Assembly (NCBI GenBank): GCA_947174275.1
Contig: CAMWIJ010000004.1
Location: 2,512-66,511 of the forward strand
Direction of reading: 5' to 3'
Source of the DNA: an uncultured Muribaculaceae bacterium
GTDB taxonomy: Bacteria; Bacteroidota; Bacteroidia; Bacteroidales; Muribaculaceae
DNA length: 64,000 bases
This document shows positions 29,601-37,407 of the stretch, piece after piece (within the stretch, counting starts at the first letter, position 1; every line of letters starts with the position of its first letter). The translations under genes and the position numbers were made by a program. A model generated the notes under the pieces. That model ran no database searches and was not told the origin of the DNA. It saw only the letters and a program-made list of their open reading frames with translations.

Positions 29601-29887
29601 TTCCGCGATGGCAATATGCCGACGCCTACAATACGTCGACATGCGACCGATTTCTGACTGATGCCAGCTATCTGACATTCAAGTCAATCAACGCCGGCTA
29701 TACCCTTCCCTCTCGATGGACACGACAGTTCGGCGTGGAAAGCCTGAGAATATATTTCACCGTCGACAATGTCGCATACTGGACAAAACGCAAAGGCTTC
29801 GACCCCAGATCTGTGATAACAACAGGCGACGAATCAATGTACTCACCCATGCGTACATTCATGGGCGGATTAAATGTTCAATTCTAA
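26699..29887 (+). CDS. SusC/RagA-family TonB-dependent outer membrane transporter
   Basis: Start at ATG 26699 (MRKVTLF, signal peptide); CarboxypepD_reg-like domain, DEVVVVAFG, IRGIGSL, VLKDAASNSLYGARGANGVILITTK, and C-terminal ...GLNVQF. Confidence 0.95.
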   Translation: MRKVTLFLAFMLMAVNAFAQLSRITGTVLSDDDGEPIIGATVTVTGTKNSTSTDADGHFTISNLTPSDKTVTVTFIGMESVTAPIAPDMTVRMRIKSEMMDEVVVVAFGKQKREAFTGSAGVLKSDDITKLQVNDAVTALDGKVAGVQILTSNDPSGEPEITIRGIGSLTAGTSPLIVVDGMPYNGYLRDINPADVDNISVLKDAASNSLYGARGANGVILITTKSAQRGNTRATVDMKWGVNTDAKVDYNIIDNPGEYYEAQYLALRNYYTRSQGYSMQEAHLRANNALGGSADAGGLGYIVYSVPRNQTLIGTNGKLNPNAILGNRIDYNGMTYMVTPDNWRDYGIRNGFRQEYNVNLSGGTDKYNFYGSLGYLDNEGITYGSHLRRYTARLKTEYQAYQWMRIGATAGYTHTESDANNEAFEVCHNMAPIYPLFIRDGNGRILTDSHGKMYDYGDGGNAGLIRNIEKSGNPLQNDRLNTDCLNTNAFNMQGYANIDFLKDFRLTINGSVYVLETRYNIAINPYYGFTTETGGYVYTDHYRLTDTNFQQLLNWNHSYGRHTIEALLGHEYNRSSKTDLNAARNNVAMFDQNIELDGAVLNGDINGNKSLYNVEGYFARAQYDYDNRYFASASYRRDGSSRFHPDHRWGNFWSAGAAWIISKENFFPKTPAINMLKYKISYGQQGNDNIGDFRYCDYYTIENSNDEVAVLFNRKGNPDITWETVGSFNTGFEFDMFNSRLGGSIEYYYRKTSDMLTVTETPSSLGYTYYYANIGDMRNHGVEITLSATPIRTRDFTWTLNGNISIENNRVLRLPDDKKQSSLDGHAGYQSGWFFYGEGLPVYTWYMPQYAGVNSNGQPMWVSTADNADTDASGAPVMKNGKYATSDYSKSEYLDCGSALPNAFGGFGTTFNFFGVDLSAQFNFSIGGKKLDYGYQTLMSSPMSGFTGYNIHRDAVNGWSESNPDSNIPRWQYADAYNTSTCDRFLTDASYLTFKSINAGYTLPSRWTRQFGVESLRIYFTVDNVAYWTKRKGFDPRSVITTGDESMYSPMRTFMGGLNVQF

Positions 29888-29903
29888 ATCAAGTCAGCGC
29901 ATA

Positions 29904-31658
29904 ATGAAAAAATATATAACATATACAGCCGCACTGCTTATGGCCGTGCCGACATTGACATCTTGCCTCGAAGAGTCAGTGCCGACATCCGGCGCCACCC
30001 AGACCCAGGTCGAGAACTCATCGAAAGACGGCCTCGTCAACGCCATCACCAAATTCATGAACACGGTGACAGACGCCTATGACTATTCCGACATAGGATA
30101 TCCTGGAATAATGCTTCACCGCGACTGCATGACAGCGGATATTCCCGTACGTGATCCGGGGTATTTCTATTTCAATCTTTTCAATGACTGCCAGTATCTT
30201 GGCGACCTGGCATCGCAGACCGACTTATGGAACTATTATACCGCCCTGATCCACAATGCCAACATAGCCATACAGGCATGCGACAAAGAGAGCTCGGATG
30301 ACGCCCTCAACCTCGCAACCGGATATGTTTACCGCGCTATGGCATATATGGACATGATGCGGCTTTACGAATTCCGTGCCACCGGCACTTCGCTTGACAA
30401 CAATCTCGAAGAGCTCAAAGGCCTTACGGTGCCCATCGTGACCGAACTCACCTCAGAAGCCAAGGCGAGAGTCAATCCCCGCGCACCCTACTACAAGATG
30501 TACCGCTTCATACTGACCGACCTCGACAAAGCGCAGGCAGCTCTGACCCGCACTTCGGAGCGAGGCTCCAAAAACAAGGCAAGCGAAGGTGTTGTCTACG
30601 GCCTGAAAGCCCGGCTCTGGCTTGAAATCGCCACACGTGCCGACAGAGACCCGGCCGACCTTTCCGAAATGCTCGCCCATGACAGTGACATCTACGATTC
30701 GGACGACGACCTCGGAGATGGATACGCCCTCAACCCTCTCGGCATAGCTTCAGCCACAGATGCCTACGCACAAGCCTCCGAAAACGCACGCGCAGCTATA
30801 AATTCAGGATACTCTCCGCTCTCTAAGGACGAATGGTACAATCTGTCGACCGGATTTAACTCAGCCACCAACAATTCATGGATGTGGGGCATCCTCATAG
30901 GTGCGTCCGACGAGATGGTGACATATTATGTGTGGCAGTCGTGGGTATCATACATGGCACCGGAGGCCAACTATGGAGTGGCAAGCTCGACCTACAAGGC
31001 GTCGATGATGATTGACCGCAACCTCTACGAAAGCATCGGCACCAACGACTGGCGCCGACTTACCTGGATCAACCCCGACGACTTCGAGGAAGGCGAGGAT
31101 GCTTATATCCGCAATTATGCCGACAAGACACAGCTCAGTTTCGCCGAATGGAGCGGACATGCGCCCTACGTAGGCTTCAAGGTTCGCCCCGGACAGGGCG
31201 CGCGCACCACATCGCTCACAGGCAACAAGGTGGATATCCCTCTGATGCGTGTTGAGGAAATGTATTTCATAGAAGCCGAAGCAGTGGCCAATTGCCGTGG
31301 TGCCGCCGCAGGAAAATCTCTGCTTGAGACTTTCATGAACACATACCGCTACGAAGGAGGCAACTACTCCTGCAATGCTACTACCATCGAGGGTGTAGTC
31401 GAACAGATCATAACCCAGAAACGCATCGAGCTCTGGGGCGAAGGTCTGTCGATATTCGACATCCGGCGTCTCGGCATTGCCGTGACACGCGGATATGAGG
31501 GCACAAATCATCCCGAGTCTTACCGTATAAACTCCGTAGAAGGATATGTGCCTGCATGGTCAACGATTTTCATTCCGCGCCGCGAGGCCAACCTCAACAA
31601 AATGTGCAAACTCAATCCCGATCCGTCGGGCGTATGCCAGTCCTACCTTTGGAAATAG
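29904..31658 (+). CDS. SusD/RagB-family surface lipoprotein
   Basis: Lipobox LTS-C from ATG 29904; DIPLMRVEEMYFIEAEA and QKRIELWGEG..FDIRR motifs. Confidence 0.93.
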   Translation: MKKYITYTAALLMAVPTLTSCLEESVPTSGATQTQVENSSKDGLVNAITKFMNTVTDAYDYSDIGYPGIMLHRDCMTADIPVRDPGYFYFNLFNDCQYLGDLASQTDLWNYYTALIHNANIAIQACDKESSDDALNLATGYVYRAMAYMDMMRLYEFRATGTSLDNNLEELKGLTVPIVTELTSEAKARVNPRAPYYKMYRFILTDLDKAQAALTRTSERGSKNKASEGVVYGLKARLWLEIATRADRDPADLSEMLAHDSDIYDSDDDLGDGYALNPLGIASATDAYAQASENARAAINSGYSPLSKDEWYNLSTGFNSATNNSWMWGILIGASDEMVTYYVWQSWVSYMAPEANYGVASSTYKASMMIDRNLYESIGTNDWRRLTWINPDDFEEGEDAYIRNYADKTQLSFAEWSGHAPYVGFKVRPGQGARTTSLTGNKVDIPLMRVEEMYFIEAEAVANCRGAAAGKSLLETFMNTYRYEGGNYSCNATTIEGVVEQIITQKRIELWGEGLSIFDIRRLGIAVTRGYEGTNHPESYRINSVEGYVPAWSTIFIPRREANLNKMCKLNPDPSGVCQSYLWK

Positions 31659-31690
31659 GCATCAGATCATTAATTATCTGAAATAAAAAC

Positions 31691-32680
31691 ATGACAAAGA
31701 TGAAAGCATTAAAATACATATTCATCATGCCAGTGATAGCCATGACGGCAATGACATCATGCAGCGATGACGAAGAATATGACGACTGGCATCCCGGCGA
31801 AGCTGATGACAACCCCGGAGTATATTTTACCGCCGACAATATCAAACTCAACTCCATTACCAAAGGGTCAGATCCGGTCGTGACATTGAACCTCGGCCGC
31901 ATCTCCCGCAATGGCGAGGTGACCGTTCCGATCGAATACGTCGCCGGCGACCCGCGCATAACTGTGCCACAAAACGTCACATTTGCCGACGGCTCTGAAT
32001 TCGCCTCCATCGATATCGACTGCTCGGCTTTGCCTGAAAAAGAGATTTTCGACATCACTCTGAAAATTGACGACCGCTATGTCAACACCTATTCCAACGG
32101 CTATGCCGAATATTACGGACAGGTAATAATTTCTGACTGGGACAAGGTCAACGGTGGAAATCCGGTGACATTCAAGATACTCGAATATGATTATTCGCCG
32201 TCAGAATGGGCCAGCTTCACCGGCGACATGTACAATCTTGACGGCACGCAGCAATACCGTATCGACAATTTCATGAATTCAGGTGAGAATTTCACGTTTG
32301 AAATCACTGCGTCAGCTTATCCCGGATATGAAGGTTACGGCCGTATAGTGCCATTGAGTAATCAGACAATGTGGGAAGAGGTCGGATGGACTTCCTATGG
32401 CGACCACGAATGGTTTTTCACCGGTGCCGACGGCAGCTATCCCGAGTTCTCGCTGACAAGTGCCTACGACGGCTCCGACTATCCGCTTTGGGGTGTCAAC
32501 TTCTGCTGGTATAACGACGACTACCAGTCAGAATACTGCTATGCCCGCATAAAAGAGTGGAACGATGCATCCGGACAAAAAGGCACAATCAACTTCGTCT
32601 ATATGAACTTCTACGCATTCTATGACGAGGATTTCAACAACTATACCAACTATCTCTACCTCTATTTCGATTGGGAATAA
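31691..32680 (+). CDS. Surface lipoprotein of the SusCD locus (Ig-like N-terminus, aromatic-rich C-terminus)
   Basis: Lipobox MTS-C followed by SDDEE (acidic export signal); PGVYF and VTF-x-DG Ig/Calx-like segments. Confidence 0.8.
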   Translation: MTKMKALKYIFIMPVIAMTAMTSCSDDEEYDDWHPGEADDNPGVYFTADNIKLNSITKGSDPVVTLNLGRISRNGEVTVPIEYVAGDPRITVPQNVTFADGSEFASIDIDCSALPEKEIFDITLKIDDRYVNTYSNGYAEYYGQVIISDWDKVNGGNPVTFKILEYDYSPSEWASFTGDMYNLDGTQQYRIDNFMNSGENFTFEITASAYPGYEGYGRIVPLSNQTMWEEVGWTSYGDHEWFFTGADGSYPEFSLTSAYDGSDYPLWGVNFCWYNDDYQSEYCYARIKEWNDASGQKGTINFVYMNFYAFYDEDFNNYTNYLYLYFDWE

Positions 32681-32712
32681 GCAATAATGAATAATAAGCA
32701 AAAGTAACAATT

Positions 32713-34182
32713 ATGAAAAAATACTTATTGCCGGCGCTTACAATATTTGTCGCAGTCGCGTCATTCTCATCCTGCAGCGATGATAACGACAAAGTATGGG
32801 TGACAGATGCTCCGGAAATCGGCATAAACATCAATGACGCCACCTACACATCGCTCACATTCGAGTGGGAAAGTGTCAAAGGCGTCAATCAGTATGGTTA
32901 CGAACTCACCGGTCCAGATGGCTCGATAACTGCCCGTGGAGTCACCGACGACACTACCGTAACGTTCACCGGCCTGCAGCCGTCGACCACATATACTTTG
33001 ACCGTGTATATCTACGGACCGGAAGGCACCGTGACACGACGCATAGTGCTCACCGCAACAACGGGAACTGTCGTGAAACTGTCATCACCCGAAGTCACAG
33101 CCACTGCCAACGGAGCCCGCATCGACGTAAACTGGACTCCGGTAGAGAATGCCGGCTATTACCATTACTCCTACCTTGTCGACGGCACGGAAGTGTCGGG
33201 CGACACCGAGGAATGCGCTCTTCAACTGCGTGCACTGCCTGTCGGACAATACACGATATCGGTAACGGCGATAGCTTCCGGCGAGGGGTTTGCTGATTCT
33301 GATGCCGTCAATTGCACATTCTCGCGCATACGCAATGAAATCTGGAACGTCAAAGGCATCTATATGTCATCGCTGCTGCGCTCCGGCAACAGCTGGGAGT
33401 CTACACTCACCGCCTTTGACGACGGGTCGTATGTGCTCTCGGACTGGTACGGAGTGCCCGGCTATGATCTGGAATTCACCGTCAACAACGATTATTCGCT
33501 CGAAATAGAGTCAGGCACTACCGACACCTGGGGTTACTGCCTTGTCGAGAGCGGCAATATGTCTGTTCCAACTGTCAGTATATGGCCTTATTCCGACGAG
33601 TACGGAATGTACTCTGCGTTTGACGGAACTCAGGAATACGGGACAATCTGGTATTACGTGACCGACGGAGCCTACGGATACGGATACGACACATTCGACT
33701 GGGGTGACGATGAGCCCACCGAGCCTGACGCTCCCTCTGACACTGACCTCAGCGGACGCTACAACGTCACCGGCTGGAGCGGACTCGAATGCTACTGGTT
33801 TACCTCCACAGGCTACTGGAACGAGTTCGCTTACAATAATTTCGAGGTTGAAGTCACTCAAAACGGCAACAACATCACTTTGTCAGGATTTCTTGGCGGT
33901 GACGGAGCTATCACCGGCACAGTCGACTATGATGCCAAAACCATCACTTTCCCGGCACAGGATGTGAATATCGGCGGATATTACTATCGCTTCGCTTTCG
34001 AACGCTATGATTTATGGGATATCTTTGACTCAAGCGTAGTCAACGATGCTCTGATCGCCACGTTCGATGACAATCTCAATATCGACATGAGCGGCTACGG
34101 TCTGTATTACGTTTATGATGACGGCAGCCTCTATGTCTATTTCAGCGGCGTCGTGCAGCAAATGTCAAAGATTAAAGAATAA
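32713..34182 (+). CDS. Fibronectin type III domain surface lipoprotein
   Basis: Lipobox FSS-C followed by SDDND; FN3 motifs SLTFEW...TFTGLQPSTTYTLTV and a second FN3-like unit. Confidence 0.82.
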   Translation: MKKYLLPALTIFVAVASFSSCSDDNDKVWVTDAPEIGININDATYTSLTFEWESVKGVNQYGYELTGPDGSITARGVTDDTTVTFTGLQPSTTYTLTVYIYGPEGTVTRRIVLTATTGTVVKLSSPEVTATANGARIDVNWTPVENAGYYHYSYLVDGTEVSGDTEECALQLRALPVGQYTISVTAIASGEGFADSDAVNCTFSRIRNEIWNVKGIYMSSLLRSGNSWESTLTAFDDGSYVLSDWYGVPGYDLEFTVNNDYSLEIESGTTDTWGYCLVESGNMSVPTVSIWPYSDEYGMYSAFDGTQEYGTIWYYVTDGAYGYGYDTFDWGDDEPTEPDAPSDTDLSGRYNVTGWSGLECYWFTSTGYWNEFAYNNFEVEVTQNGNNITLSGFLGGDGAITGTVDYDAKTITFPAQDVNIGGYYYRFAFERYDLWDIFDSSVVNDALIATFDDNLNIDMSGYGLYYVYDDGSLYVYFSGVVQQMSKIKE

Positions 34183-34288
34183 AAGTGGGAAATTTTCTTT
34201 GATAATTCGGAATAAAAGATTTAAATTTGTACCGTCGTTTACGACAACAATAGTCTTTACAGTATAAATTATCTAACCAAAAACAACT

Positions 34289-34456
34289 ATGGCTTACGTA
34301 ATCACCGACAAATGTGTAGCTTGCGGCACTTGCTTGCCTGTTTGCCCCGTTGAGGCAATCTCTGAAGGCGATATCTACCACATCGATCCCGACACTTGCA
34401 TCGAGTGCGGTTCATGTGCAGAAGTATGTCCCTCTGAAGCAATTATCCCGGGCTAA
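34289..34456 (+). CDS. 2x[4Fe-4S] ferredoxin (55 aa)
   Basis: Below the ORF-track cutoff. Translation: MAYVITDKCVACGTCLPVCPVEAISEGDIYHIDPDTCIECGSCAEVCPSEAIIPG. Own -7 element TAAATTTG at 34222-34229. Confidence 0.95.
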   Translation: MAYVITDKCVACGTCLPVCPVEAISEGDIYHIDPDTCIECGSCAEVCPSEAIIPG

Positions 34457-34474
34457 TCGTTTGAACAACGATTA

Positions 34475-34522
34475 AGATACAAAATCAGGCCGTGTCAGCT
34501 GACACGGCCTGATTTTGTATCT
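34475..34522. terminator. Bidirectional terminator; 48-bp perfect palindrome
   Basis: agatacaaaatcaggccgtgtcag|ctgacacggcctgattttgtatct between the convergent ferredoxin and DMT genes. Confidence 0.88.
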
Positions 34523-35462
34523 ATGCCCCTTTCTGTCCGTGGCGACGCTTGCCAATGTTTGTCACTACCATTCCTGCGATGATGACAACCATCGCCACCA
34601 CCTGCATCAGGCGCAGATGCTCCAGCCCCATCGCCACAGCCGATATAGCGGCAAATACGGGCAACAGATACTGATATAGCGACACAAGCTCGGAGCCTAT
34701 GCGCTTTATTGCCGGCTGCACCAGAAAATACGCTGCAAAAGTCGGAAGCAGAAGTATGAAAGCTATTTCAAGCCACGGCACCGCCGCGCTGCTGTGCAAT
34801 ATCCCCTCATCCTGCATTCCGGGCAACAGCAGCAGAGCCGGCACAGCAGCGAAAAGAAACACCCAGCGCAGCATGGTCACCGGCCTGTATATGTGGCTCG
34901 GCTTCTCGACAAACACCAGATAAAGCGCATAACAGGCGGTTGACGCAATGGCAAGAATGTCGCCGAGCAGATTGTCACTGCCGTTGGTGCCTCTGCCGCC
35001 GTCAAGCACGACTATCGCCGCCCCGACAAACGACACCACGACTCCCGCAATCTCAACCCATGAAGTGTGCTGGTGACGGAAAATCCTGTTGATAAGAATT
35101 ACAAACACCGGCGGCAACGTCATTATTATAGATATGTCAATGGCATTGCCGTAACGAAGCGATCTGACAAAAAGATAGATAAACGAAAACAGTCCGACTA
35201 CTCCGCCGAGAATAAGTCGACTCCAGTCATGCTTCTGTATACGCTCGCACTTAACAAACATCGACGCTGCCCAAAACAGCAGACAGCCGCCGATAAGTCT
35301 GACGGCTGCTATTCCCTGCGCACTCATCCACTCAGGGATAAGCGCCTTTGTAAACGACACGTTTATGCCCCAGAACATCGTGGCAAGGAGTATGCAGGCA
35401 TTGCCGGTAAGAAACGCTCCACGTCCTGACGGCGCAGAAGATGCGTTTTGATTTTTATTCAT
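34521..35462 (-). CDS. DMT/EamA-family transporter
   Basis: About ten TM helices in two repeats; FWGIN, R-x-x-GG, LLGD and YQYLLPV motifs. Confidence 0.9.
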   Translation of the reverse strand: MNKNQNASSAPSGRGAFLTGNACILLATMFWGINVSFTKALIPEWMSAQGIAAVRLIGGCLLFWAASMFVKCERIQKHDWSRLILGGVVGLFSFIYLFVRSLRYGNAIDISIIMTLPPVFVILINRIFRHQHTSWVEIAGVVVSFVGAAIVVLDGGRGTNGSDNLLGDILAIASTACYALYLVFVEKPSHIYRPVTMLRWVFLFAAVPALLLLPGMQDEGILHSSAAVPWLEIAFILLLPTFAAYFLVQPAIKRIGSELVSLYQYLLPVFAAISAVAMGLEHLRLMQVVAMVVIIAGMVVTNIGKRRHGQKGA

Positions 35463-35547
35463 ATAATCAAGTATTTTTCACAAAAATCAAACGCTATAAA
35501 TCGGAATACGGTTCAGTCTGTCGACTGCGGAACCGGCCAATTGGCGC

Positions 35548-35579
35548 AAAAAATATCGGGACAACAATCGCTGCCCCGA
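35548..35579 (-). terminator. Intrinsic terminator of the beta-barrel gene
   Basis: Minus strand reads tcggggca-loop-tgtcccga followed by tatttttt. Confidence 0.6.
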
Positions 35580-35604
35580 CATTATATCCAATCGGTGTTT
35601 ACAA

Positions 35605-36153
35605 TCAGAAGCTGTAGTAGAAACCGAACGAGAGGTTGTAGCCTGAGAAATCAAAGCCCCAGCCGTCATAGTGGTTGTCAAGAAGATCTTTTGCAGCGTC
35701 ATTGGTGCCACGATAACCGAGGAAACCGGCGTGAGCCACGATGCTGCAACGGTCGTTGAGCGCAAGCGCGATACCGGGTTTGAAACCGATGCCGTATTTT
35801 ACCGCTGTATCGCTGTCCTCTCCATCGTATGAAGCCTTGCCGAAGCCGAGGTCAACACCGCCGTCAACGAAAAGCGAAACAATACCTTTCTTGTAGAAAG
35901 TATAACGTGCGTAGGGATCGAAGTCTACAAGGTTGCCGTCAACTGATGAACGGTGTATATAAGACCAGCCGAGAACCGTACCGATAGCCCACTGTTCGCT
36001 GAGATTATAACCTACTTCGGGAGCGATTGTGATTGTGGTGATTTTGTCGCTGTCGTTACGCCATGCGCCTACCGAACCACCTGCAAACCAATTCTGTGCT
36101 GCGGCAGTCAGTGTCATCACCGACATCACTGCCATCAAAATAATATTTTTCAT
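35605..36153 (-). CDS. Small outer-membrane beta-barrel protein
   Basis: Signal peptide ending AAA-Q, alternating aromatic strands (APEVGY, PYARY, GFKPGI) and C-terminal FGFYYSF BAM signal. Confidence 0.85.
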   Translation of the reverse strand: MKNIILMAVMSVMTLTAAAQNWFAGGSVGAWRNDSDKITTITIAPEVGYNLSEQWAIGTVLGWSYIHRSSVDGNLVDFDPYARYTFYKKGIVSLFVDGGVDLGFGKASYDGEDSDTAVKYGIGFKPGIALALNDRCSIVAHAGFLGYRGTNDAAKDLLDNHYDGWGFDFSGYNLSFGFYYSF

Positions 36154-36451
36154 TCTTAGAAAAATTAAAGTGAATAAATTATTTAATTAAAATAGTGAAT
36201 AAAATATAAATCAAGTGTACCTTTTTCAATATCTGCCGCAAATTTACTTAATATTTTTAAAAATACAAGTCACCGATATTGATTTACTGACATATCGACC
36301 ACAATAAACACCTTAACGGAAACAGTGAAATTCCGATAAAATCACAATTATTATATAAAAATTAAACCGTTAAGTGATGAGCCGGCAATCTTTTTTATGT
36401 ATCTTTGTGTTACTTATTATTATCAATCCACGCTAATAAGTCATCTTTTAA

Positions 36452-37225
36452 ATGAACAACGACAGCCCAACAGCCCCTCTGTTTTCCATTATAACGGTAA
36501 CATATAACGCTGCTTCTACACTGCCGCGCACACTTGAGTCGGTTAAGCGACAGACATGCCGTCTGTTCGAGCATCTTATTATCGACGGAATGTCAACCGA
36601 CGGGACATTGAAGCTGGCAGAAAATGCCGCAATCAAGGAGATGACAATACACAGCGGCAAAGACAGCGGCATATATGACGCAATGAACAAAGGTCTTGGC
36701 ATTGCCCGTGGTGAATACGTGATATTTCTCAACGCCGGCGATGCATTCCACTCGCCCGACACCCTCCAACGCATTGCCGACACGATAATGGCAAACGACT
36801 TCCCTGGCATAGTCTACGGACAGACAGATATTGTGGATGACGGAGGCAATCGTCTCGGAGATCGCCACCTGCGGGCTCCAGAAGAACTTACTCTCGACAG
36901 TTTCCGCGACGGCATGGTGGTGTGTCATCAGGCATTCATCGCCCTGCGCCGCATCACCGCGCCCTACGACCTGAAATACCGATTCTCGGCCGACTACGAC
37001 TGGTGCATACGCTGCCTCCAGCATTCGCGCCACAATATATATATCGACGACGTATTGATTGATTACCTAAACGAAGGAACCACGACTCGCAACCATCGCC
37101 GCTCACTGCGAGAGCGTTTCCGGATAATGTGCTATTACTACGGCACATTTTCCACCATAAAAAAACATCTGTCATTTATCCCACGCTACATGCGCCGACG
37201 TAAAAACGCCGTCAACAACCAGTAA
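36452..37225 (+). CDS. Glycosyltransferase family 2
   Basis: FSIITVTYNA, IDGMSTDGT, DSGIYDAMNKG, FLNAGD, HQA and ADYDW. Confidence 0.92.
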   Translation: MNNDSPTAPLFSIITVTYNAASTLPRTLESVKRQTCRLFEHLIIDGMSTDGTLKLAENAAIKEMTIHSGKDSGIYDAMNKGLGIARGEYVIFLNAGDAFHSPDTLQRIADTIMANDFPGIVYGQTDIVDDGGNRLGDRHLRAPEELTLDSFRDGMVVCHQAFIALRRITAPYDLKYRFSADYDWCIRCLQHSRHNIYIDDVLIDYLNEGTTTRNHRRSLRERFRIMCYYYGTFSTIKKHLSFIPRYMRRRKNAVNNQ

Positions 37226-37407
37226 GCTAATTTGGCTGTCAGCGGATTATCAGGATGCAACGAGCATCATACAATCAGATTGCCAATAAAACGGAAAATA
37301 ATCCAACAATTTGACATTTATTACATAAATTGACTCAAATTTTGTATAAAACTAACATATTTTCAATATCTTTGTGATTGTATTCTTTAATTTAACAAAC
37401 CAATCAC

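Noticed and set aside
31691-34182. Aromatic/Asn-rich lipoprotein C-termini as diversity-generating retroelement targets
   Set aside because: I found no reverse transcriptase and no template/variable repeat pair in the window.
36154-36451. Very AT-rich intergenic region as foreign DNA or an invertible promoter
   Set aside because: Explained by divergent promoters (TAAATTTG on the minus strand, TATCTTTG on the plus strand); I saw no flanking inverted repeats.
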